64,000 nt of DNA from Rhodoferax sp. (GTDB lineage: Bacteria > Pseudomonadota > Gammaproteobacteria > Burkholderiales > Burkholderiaceae_C). Numbering within the stretch: the stretch's first letter is position 1; every line of letters begins with the position of its first letter. The position numbers were made by a program, and so were the translations under genes. Below the pieces are notes generated by a model. That model was not told where the DNA came from and did not search any database. It saw nothing but the letters and a program-made list of their open reading frames with translations. Positions 57,218 through 64,000 of the stretch are shown in pieces. Location: NCBI GenBank assembly GCA_011391545.1, contig JAABQI010000112.1, positions 357-64,356 on the forward strand, read 5' to 3'.

Positions 57218-58132
57218 CTAAGCCTCCTTGTCGAGCAGCACACGCTGCGATACGCTGAAATCGTGACCCCACAGGCTCACGCGGGTGAATTCATGGGTGA
57301 TGTGCTCGGCCCAGTCGATCACCGCACCGCCGTAGCCATACTCAATATCGAAGTTCGACGGGCTGCGCATGTAAAAAGACGTCACCCTGTCGTTGGTGTG
57401 CTGGCCCAGCGTGGCCGTCTGCTGCACCTTGTGGGCGTGCATGCGGTCGATGGCGCGGCCAACCTCGGGCATGTCCTCGACCTCGACCATCACGTGCACA
57501 CAACCGCTCGGCACCGGGAAGCCGGCCAGCGCCAGGCTGTGGTGGCGGCCGTTGTTGCAATGGAAGAAGTGAATCGGCAAGCTCGGGCCGTCGGCGCCGG
57601 GAGGCTGAAAATTGAACAAATCGGACAGGCCAAAGCCCATCACCTTCGTGAAAAACTCGACTGTATTTTCAAACTCGGGCGCCGGCAGCACGGTGTGGCC
57701 CATGCCGATGTTGCCGGTGACAAAACGCGACACCCCGGCGGGTGAGGCAAAGTGCGCAAAATCGGAGCGAAAGCCCCAGACCAGCTCATGGCGGTTGCCC
57801 GACGGGTCATTGAAGCCGGCCAGTTGCTGTACGCAGCGCAGACGGCACTGGGCGGCGTCACCCAGCGCCACCTCGACGCCGGCCTCGCTCAGCGCGTTCA
57901 GCGCCTGCGCGAAATCGGCGCTGCCGCTCACTTCCCAGCCAGACACCACATAGGCGTCGCGTGGCCCGGGCTGAACGGCAAAACGGAACTGCCTTTCATC
58001 CATGCGCACGTAGAGGCCGCCGTCCGGCGAAGGCGCCGTCATCATGCCCAGCACGCCTTCGGCATAGCGCCTCCAGCCTTCCATATCGGTCGTTTCGGCC
58101 ACTACATAGGCCAATCCGCGGATATTCATCAT
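57218..58132 (-). CDS. tesB: 3,4-DHSA extradiol dioxygenase
   Basis: VOC fold: GMGH, HCNNGRHHSLA, HVMVE, GQHTND..SFY..PS..IEYG. Confidence 0.9.
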   Translation of the reverse strand: MMNIRGLAYVVAETTDMEGWRRYAEGVLGMMTAPSPDGGLYVRMDERQFRFAVQPGPRDAYVVSGWEVSGSADFAQALNALSEAGVEVALGDAAQCRLRCVQQLAGFNDPSGNRHELVWGFRSDFAHFASPAGVSRFVTGNIGMGHTVLPAPEFENTVEFFTKVMGFGLSDLFNFQPPGADGPSLPIHFFHCNNGRHHSLALAGFPVPSGCVHVMVEVEDMPEVGRAIDRMHAHKVQQTATLGQHTNDRVTSFYMRSPSNFDIEYGYGGAVIDWAEHITHEFTRVSLWGHDFSVSQRVLLDKEA

Positions 58133-58202
58133 TGTTGGTTCTCCTGGCTTTGCACAAATGAAGCCCATAGGACTGATTTTGGTCAGCACACCCCCTGGGA
58201 GC

Positions 58203-58220
58203 ATCGTCCGTTGAGACTAA
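58203..58220 (-). promoter_or_regulatory. Putative LuxR/TesR box for the tesB-scd operon
   Basis: ATCGTCCGTTGAGACTAA; 21 nt to CAAAAT. Confidence 0.75.
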
Positions 58221-58270
58221 CGCAAAGCACCGGTCAACATTCATTGGCCCTGGTGCCTGCACGGTTCGCC

Positions 58271-59338
58271 TCAGGCCGCGCGGTAGCTTTCGTAGCTGGT
58301 GTAGCCCGCAGCGCCCGGTGTGTAGAGCGTCTTGCGGTCGAAGCGCGCCAGCGCCTGGCCCGCGCGCATGCGGCTCACCAGGTCGGGGTTGCCGATGAAG
58401 TGACGGGCAAAAGACAGCGCCGCGCCGCCATAGGCTAGCAGGGCCGCCTCGGCATTGGCCGGGTCAAAGCCATCGTTGAGGATCAGGCGCTCGCCGAAAT
58501 GCGTGCGTGCCAAGGCAAAGGCGTCCAGCTCGGGCAGTGGCGCCCGCATCACATGCAGGTAGGCCAGGTCGAGCGTGGCGGCCTGGCGCATCAGCTCGGC
58601 GTGGGTGGCCGCCGAGTCCTCGTCGCTGGTGTCGTTGTAGGTGTTGCCCGGATTCAGGCGCAGCCCCACGCGGCCAGCGCCAATGGCAGCCGCCATCCCG
58701 CGCAGGCACTCGAAGGCAAAACGCGCACGATTTACCGCCGGGCCGCCGTATTCATCGCTGCGCTGGTTGGTCGAAGAGCTCAGGAACTGCATCGGCAGGT
58801 AGCCGCTCGTGCCGTGCAGCTCGACGCCGTCAAAGCCCGCCTCGCGTGCATTACGGGCGGCCTGGGCATGCTCTTGGACGACGGCGCGCACTTGCTCGGT
58901 GGTGAGCGCGCGCGGCATGTCGTAGGGCTGCAGGCCGGCGCTGTCGGTGACGACCTCGCCCGCGGCCTGTAGCGCGCTGGGTGCCACGCTTTCGACGCCC
59001 TCAGGCTTGATGTGCCGGCTGCCAATGCGGCCGCCATGCATGAGCTGCAGCACGATCAGGCCGCCACGCGCATGCACGGCGTCGGTCACGCGCTTCCAGC
59101 CAGCCATCTGCGCCGCCGTGGCGATGCCGGGCTGGCGGCAATAAGCCTGCCCGACCGCGCTGGGCCAAGTGCCTTCGGCAACGATCAGCCCGGCATCGCC
59201 GCGCTGGCCGTAATACTCGGCCATCAGCGCACCAGGCACGCCGTCGGCCCCGGCGCGGTTGCGCGTCATCGGCGCCATGACGACGCGGTTGGCCAGGCGC
59301 AACTCGCCCAGTTCAAGCGGTTCAAACAACTTGCTCAT
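58271..59338 (-). CDS. steD: Old-yellow-enzyme alkene reductase (SteD/Sor1-like)
   Basis: MAPMTRNRA, QLMHGGR, GFDGVELH..GYL; synteny upstream of tesB. Confidence 0.72.
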   Translation of the reverse strand: MSKLFEPLELGELRLANRVVMAPMTRNRAGADGVPGALMAEYYGQRGDAGLIVAEGTWPSAVGQAYCRQPGIATAAQMAGWKRVTDAVHARGGLIVLQLMHGGRIGSRHIKPEGVESVAPSALQAAGEVVTDSAGLQPYDMPRALTTEQVRAVVQEHAQAARNAREAGFDGVELHGTSGYLPMQFLSSSTNQRSDEYGGPAVNRARFAFECLRGMAAAIGAGRVGLRLNPGNTYNDTSDEDSAATHAELMRQAATLDLAYLHVMRAPLPELDAFALARTHFGERLILNDGFDPANAEAALLAYGGAALSFARHFIGNPDLVSRMRAGQALARFDRKTLYTPGAAGYTSYESYRAA

Positions 59339-59339
59339 C

Positions 59340-59987
59340 TCAGCGTACCCGCATTTTTGGCGCAGGCGTGCCGCGCCGCATGGTTTTCAGAAACTGCTCC
59401 AGCGGCGCCGGCGCGGCCACCTCGGGCAGTTCGTCCTTGTTCGGGCGCTTGGCCCAGAACTCCTTCCAGCTCGGGAACAGGTCCTGGAAAGTGCCCCAGT
59501 AGGGTTCGCGCCCGGGCCAGCGCATTTTCATGTCGCCAATCGGCGGCTTGTTCAAGTCGCTGGCGTACCAGTAGCAAGGCAGGCGGCGGCGGAAGCACCA
59601 GACGCCGGCGATGCGCTCGTAGTCGTCCCAGTACAGCATCTGCATGATGACCCATTCGGGGCCGCATTCATGCTCGTTCTTGGAGTACACCACGCCGGTG
59701 GCGTGATCGGCATCGACGAACTCGATGATGTGCTGGCCCAGGTGGTGCGAGGTGCCGGTGAACTGGTCGCGCAGCGTGGCGTCCTGCCAGGCCTTGAAGT
59801 GGTCGCGGCCCACTTTGTCCTTGCCGACACGGATGTCGGGGGCAAACAGGTTGACATGGGCGTCCATGTCACGCATGTCCAGCGACAGCGAATATTTTCC
59901 AGCGAGCTGGCGGATGGCATCGAGGGATTCAAGCCGGTCGATGCGCTGCTCCAGGGTCGCGGGCCAGGCCATGGCTTGTTGCGTCAC
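59340..59987 (-). CDS. steC: NTF2/SnoaL-family 12beta-hydroxysteroid dehydratase (SteC/Hsh1-like)
   Basis: IRQLAGKY..D.RD, HHLGQH, YWDDYER; synteny. Confidence 0.72.
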   Translation of the reverse strand: MTQQAMAWPATLEQRIDRLESLDAIRQLAGKYSLSLDMRDMDAHVNLFAPDIRVGKDKVGRDHFKAWQDATLRDQFTGTSHHLGQHIIEFVDADHATGVVYSKNEHECGPEWVIMQMLYWDDYERIAGVWCFRRRLPCYWYASDLNKPPIGDMKMRWPGREPYWGTFQDLFPSWKEFWAKRPNKDELPEVAAPAPLEQFLKTMRRGTPAPKMRVR

Positions 59988-60754
59988 AGCGCGGTCACCA
60001 GCACGGCCGACCGACCACCATCCACCGGCAGGGCGGCGCCGGTGATGTAGCTGGCCTCGTCGCTGGCGAGGAAAAGAATGGCGTTGGCCAGTTCCCGCGG
60101 CTGACCGACCCGGCCCATCGGAATCAGTTTTTCGGTGTTCTGGCGCGACGCGGCGTCAGCCAGCATGCCGGCCGTGGCCGGGGTCTCGACAACCGCCGGA
60201 ATCACGACATTGACACGAATGCCACTGAGCGCGCCTTCGGCGGCAGCGGCGCGCGAAAAGTTGATGATTGCGGCTTTGGCAGCCGAGTAGCCGGCCATCT
60301 GCGAGGTGCCCAGCAGGCCGCAGATCGAGGACAGGTTGATGATGGCGCCGCCGCGCGCCTTCATGAGCTTCATCGCCGCGCGTGTGCCCCAGAAGGTGCC
60401 ATCGACCGAGGTGCTGAAGTTGCTGTGCCAGTCGGCCGTGCTGGTGGCCTCAATGCCGCCCCAGCTGTAGGCCATGGCATTGTTGACCAGGATGTCCAGG
60501 CGCCCGTGGCGCTGCGCGGCCGCTTCGATGGCGGCCGTGAAGCCGGCTTCGTCGCTGACATCGACCTGCACCGCCTCGGCCCGGCCACCGGCGGCCAGGA
60601 TCTGCGCCACCACCGCGTCGAGCGGCTCCTGGCGCCGGCCGCAGATCACCACGGTGGCACCCTCCTCGGCGAAACGGATCGCCGTGGCCGCGCCAATGCC
60701 GGTGCCAGCACCGGTGACAAAGGCGACCTTGTCCTGAAGTCTTGCTTGCGTCAT
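59984..60754 (-). CDS. steB: SDR, 12-oxo reductase / 12beta-HSD-like
   Basis: TGAGTGIG, YSAAK; synteny. Confidence 0.68.
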   Translation of the reverse strand: MTQARLQDKVAFVTGAGTGIGAATAIRFAEEGATVVICGRRQEPLDAVVAQILAAGGRAEAVQVDVSDEAGFTAAIEAAAQRHGRLDILVNNAMAYSWGGIEATSTADWHSNFSTSVDGTFWGTRAAMKLMKARGGAIINLSSICGLLGTSQMAGYSAAKAAIINFSRAAAAEGALSGIRVNVVIPAVVETPATAGMLADAASRQNTEKLIPMGRVGQPRELANAILFLASDEASYITGAALPVDGGRSAVLVTAL

Positions 60755-60765
60755 GATCATGCGCC

Positions 60766-61500
60766 TCACAGAAAGGCGCTGCCGCCGTTGACCGCCAGGT
60801 TCTGGCCGGTGACGAAGCCGCTGTCCTCGCTGGCCAGGAACAGCGCCGCGCTGGCGATGTCTTCGGGCTCGGCCATGCGGCCCATGGGAACGCCGGCGAT
60901 GATGGCGTCGGTCCATTCCTGGGGAATGCTCTGCATCATCGGCGTGTTGGTCGGGCCCGGCACCAGTGTGTTGACACGGATGCCGCTCTTGGCCAGCTCC
61001 TTGGCCATGCTGCGGGTCAGGCCCATCAGTGCCGCCTTGGAAGCGCAGTAATGCGCCGGACCGTCGCCGGACGCCGCCGCCGTGCTGGCGACATTGATGA
61101 TCACGCCGCGCGTGCCGGCCTTTTGCATGGCGCGCACCGCCTGGCGGGCGCAATAGAAGGCGCCGTTGAGGTTGACGTTGATCACCCGGGCCCAGGTCTC
61201 GTCGGGGATGTCGGCAAAGGCATCCACCGAGCCGATACCGGCATTATTCACCAGCACATCAACACGGCCGAAGGTGGCCACCACCTCGTCGACGACGGCC
61301 GCCACGGCGGCGCTGTCGGCCACGTTGAGGCTGCGCGCGATGCTTTGGCCCCCCGCGTCGGCCAGGGTCTGCTGCGCCGCCTCGAGGTTGAGGTCGAGCG
61401 CCACGACGATGGCGCCTTCTTGCGCAAAGCGACGCGCGATAGCCCGCCCCATGCCCTGCCCCGCGCCGGTCACCAGCGCCACTTTGTCTTTCAGTCTCAT
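60766..61500 (-). CDS. steA: SDR, 12alpha-HSD-like
   Basis: TGAGQGMG, NNAG, HYCASK; synteny. Confidence 0.68.
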   Translation of the reverse strand: MRLKDKVALVTGAGQGMGRAIARRFAQEGAIVVALDLNLEAAQQTLADAGGQSIARSLNVADSAAVAAVVDEVVATFGRVDVLVNNAGIGSVDAFADIPDETWARVINVNLNGAFYCARQAVRAMQKAGTRGVIINVASTAAASGDGPAHYCASKAALMGLTRSMAKELAKSGIRVNTLVPGPTNTPMMQSIPQEWTDAIIAGVPMGRMAEPEDIASAALFLASEDSGFVTGQNLAVNGGSAFL

Positions 61501-61552
61501 CTTCAACTCCTTGGTAATGGGCCAAAGCATAGGCAGAGTCAGGCGCGAAACC

Positions 61553-61570
61553 ATCGTCCAACAAGACTAC
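61553..61570 (-). promoter_or_regulatory. Putative LuxR/TesR box for steABCD
   Basis: ATCGTCCAACAAGACTAC; 21 nt to TATGCT. Confidence 0.75.
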
Positions 61571-61615
61571 GTCGACCGAGGCAGTGGCGCCCTCTTTCCG
61601 GCTGGCAGGTCCCGC

Positions 61616-62389
61616 TTAAAACTGCGTCGGGCGCGTAACCGCGTCAATGCCGCCGTCGGCGTAGAACTGCGCGCCATGCACAAAGCTGGCGGCCGGGCTC
61701 AAGAGGAAAGCCACCACCGAGGCCATCTCGCCGGGCTCGGCCCGGCGCGCCAGCGGGGCGACAAAATTCTTGATGGCGTCGCTGAAGCGCGGGTCCTGCA
61801 GTCCGGCCTGCAGCAATGGGGTTTCGGTCGCGCCCGGCGCCAGCGTGTTGAGGCGCACGCCGGCCTGGCCCCAGGCTGCGGCGCGCTTGCGCACCGCCAC
61901 GGTCAGCGCGTTTTTCGAGCCGGCATAGGCCAGGTTGCCGCCCTGAGCGCCGGCGCCCGTGACGATGGCGCTCACCATGGCCTCGTCGCCGGCCTCGCAG
62001 GCGGCAGCCAGCGGGTTCTTGTCCCAGGGCAGCATCGCCGACGCCACTGAAGAGATCACCACTGCGGCCGGGTTCTGGCCATTTCTCAGCGCCGGCAGCA
62101 GGCCGTCGAGCAGCTCGACCGCGCCGAAGTAGTTGACCGAGGTAACCAGCGAGGCCGGTTGCACCTGGGGGCCCAGGCCGGCGCACAGCACCAGGCCGTC
62201 GAGCTGGCCACCGCAGCGTGCCAGGGCCTGCGCGATGACGGCCAGGCGGCCCGCGGCGGTGGACAGGTCGCCAAGGATGTCGGCGTTGCGCAGATCGACG
62301 CCGATGACGCTATGGCCGGCGGCCAGCAGCGCGTCGCGCGTCGCGGCGCCAATGCCGGAAGCCGAGCCGGTGATAAGGGTAGTGCTCAT
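61616..62389 (-). CDS. hsdA: 3alpha-hydroxysteroid dehydrogenase/carbonyl reductase
   Basis: Close match to recalled C. testosteroni 3alpha-HSD (DGLVLCAGLGPQ, GGNLAYAGSKNALTVAVRKRAAAWG, GGIDAV.RPTQF). Confidence 0.92.
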   Translation of the reverse strand: MSTTLITGSASGIGAATRDALLAAGHSVIGVDLRNADILGDLSTAAGRLAVIAQALARCGGQLDGLVLCAGLGPQVQPASLVTSVNYFGAVELLDGLLPALRNGQNPAAVVISSVASAMLPWDKNPLAAACEAGDEAMVSAIVTGAGAQGGNLAYAGSKNALTVAVRKRAAAWGQAGVRLNTLAPGATETPLLQAGLQDPRFSDAIKNFVAPLARRAEPGEMASVVAFLLSPAASFVHGAQFYADGGIDAVTRPTQF

Positions 62390-62436
62390 GGGAGGGGTCC
62401 TTTGGGTGGGGTCAATGGTGCTTCAAATGGCGGCGC

Positions 62437-63381
62437 TCAGAGCGCCGCCACCAGTTCGGGCACGGCGGTGAAGAGGTCGGCCTCGAGGCCGTAGTCGGCA
62501 ACGCTGAAAATTGGCGCCTCGGGGTCCTTGTTGATGGCCACGATGACCTTGCTGTCCTTCATGCCGGCCAAGTGCTGGATGGCACCGCTGATGCCACAGG
62601 CAACGTAGAGATCGGGCGCCACAATCTTGCCGGTCTGGCCGACCTGCAGGTCGTTGGCGGCGTAGCCCGCGTCCACGGCAGCGCGGCTGGCGCCGATCGC
62701 CGCACCCAGCTTGTCAGCCAGCGGCGTCATCACTTCGGCAAATTTTTCGACCGAGCCCAGCGCGCGCCCGCCCGAGACGATGATCTTGGCCGCAGTCAGC
62801 TCCGGCCGGTCGTTTTTGGCGATCTCGCTGCCCACAAAACGGCTGGTGCTGCTGTCGGCCACCGCGGCTACAGCGGCGACAAGGGCGCTGCCACCCGTGG
62901 CTGCCGCCGGGTCGAAACCGGTGGTGCGCACCGTGAGCACCTTGATCGCATCGCCGCTTTGCACGGTGGCAATGGCGTTGCCGGCGTAGATCGGCCGCTC
63001 AAAGATGTCGACGGCGTTGACCCGGGTGATGTCGGACACCTGGGCGACGTCCAGCATGGCCGCCACGCGCGGCGCGATGTTCTTGCCCGAGGCCGTGGCC
63101 GCGAACAGGATGTGTGAATAGTCGCCCGCCATGGCACACACCTGCGCTGCCAGGTTTTCGGCCAGGCCGGCTGCGAGCGCCTGGCCGTCGGCGTGAATCA
63201 CCCGGGCGACGCCGGCGATGTTCGATGCCGCCGCCGCGGCCTCAGTGGCCCCGTGCCCCATGACCAGCAGGTGGACCTGGCCGTCGGTGAACAGGCTGAT
63301 CTGGGTGGCGGCCATGACCGTGTTGAGAGTGGCGCTTTTGATGGAAACGTTGTCGTGTTCGGCGATGACGAGAAGGCTCAT
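62437..63381 (-). CDS. etfA: Electron transfer flavoprotein alpha subunit
   Basis: [30 protein letters not shown]. Confidence 0.95.
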   Translation of the reverse strand: MSLLVIAEHDNVSIKSATLNTVMAATQISLFTDGQVHLLVMGHGATEAAAAASNIAGVARVIHADGQALAAGLAENLAAQVCAMAGDYSHILFAATASGKNIAPRVAAMLDVAQVSDITRVNAVDIFERPIYAGNAIATVQSGDAIKVLTVRTTGFDPAAATGGSALVAAVAAVADSSTSRFVGSEIAKNDRPELTAAKIIVSGGRALGSVEKFAEVMTPLADKLGAAIGASRAAVDAGYAANDLQVGQTGKIVAPDLYVACGISGAIQHLAGMKDSKVIVAINKDPEAPIFSVADYGLEADLFTAVPELVAAL

Positions 63382-63406
63382 TTTTGTCGTTCCTTGAATT
63401 GAGGGT

Positions 63407-64000
63407 TTAGATGACTTTGGCTTCGTTTCTGAGCTTGTCCACCAGCGCGGCCACATCGGCCACCTTGATACCGGCGCTGCGCTTGGGCGGCTCGCTGACC
63501 TTCAGCGTCTTCAGGCGCGGCGTGACGTCGACCCCGAGCTCCTCGGGTTTGACATTGTCGAGCTGCTTTTTCTTGGCCTTCATGATGTTGGGCAGCGTCA
63601 CGTAGCGCGGCTCGTTGAGGCGCAGGTCGGTGGTAATGATGGCCGGCAGGTTCAGGCTGAGCGTCTCAGCCCCGCCGTCGACCTCACGGGTGACGATGAG
63701 CTTGCCGTCGGCGATTTCGACCTTCGAGGCAAAGGTGGCCTGCGGCCAGCCCAGCAGCGCCGCGAGCATCTGCCCGGTCTGGTTGCAGTCGTCGTCGATC
63801 GCCTGCTTGCCCAGAATGACCAGCTGCGCCTGCTCCTTGTCGACCAGCGCCTTGAGCAGCTTGGCCACGGCCAACGGCTGCAGTTCCTCGCCGGTCTCGA
63901 CCAGAATGCCGCGGTCGGCACCAATGGCCATCGCGGTGCGCAAGGTTTCCTGGCACTGCAGAGGACCACAGCTGACGGCCACGACTTCGGTGGCCAGGCC
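63407..64000 (-). CDS. etfB: Electron transfer flavoprotein beta subunit (5' end outside the window)
   Basis: [26 protein letters not shown]. Confidence 0.95.
   Translation of the reverse strand, partial: GLATEVVAVSCGPLQCQETLRTAMAIGADRGILVETGEELQPLAVAKLLKALVDKEQAQLVILGKQAIDDDCNQTGQMLAALLGWPQATFASKVEIADGKLIVTREVDGGAETLSLNLPAIITTDLRLNEPRYVTLPNIMKAKKKQLDNVKPEELGVDVTPRLKTLKVSEPPKRSAGIKVADVAALVDKLRNEAKVI

Noticed and set aside
1-64000. CRISPR arrays, rRNA, tRNA, phage or defence genes
   Set aside because: None recognised by eye; intergenic gaps are short and accounted for by promoters

Overview
This window is a GC-rich, betaproteobacterial-looking (Comamonadaceae-like) region. Almost all of it (about 1.9-64 kb) is one aerobic steroid/bile-acid catabolic supercluster closely resembling the Comamonas testosteroni tes/scd/ste region. 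It encodes 3alpha- and 3beta/17beta-HSDs, a steABCD-like 12-OH removal module, A/B-ring enzymes (tesH, tesI, kshB-like, tesA1A2, tesB, tesDEFG), C/D-ring (HIP) beta-oxidation (scd genes), two retro-aldol side-chain modules, ETF, a TesR/TeiR-like LuxR regulator, and a split DUF1302/DUF1329 + YCF48/RND putative uptake system. The left edge has a secreted alpha/beta hydrolase missing from the ORF track and an IS630 remnant. The main observation not explained by the gene list is an 18-bp quasi-palindrome (coding strand approx. NTAGTCY-N4-GGACGAT) found 10 times in promoter regions. Each copy ends 20-21 nt upstream of a -10-like hexamer, so it is centred near -42.5, the lux-box position. It is a candidate operator for the cluster's LuxR-type activator. 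It also marks an unannotated 58-aa membrane peptide gene and both halves of the uptake system. Gene symbols come from recalled similarity and synteny, not from database searches.
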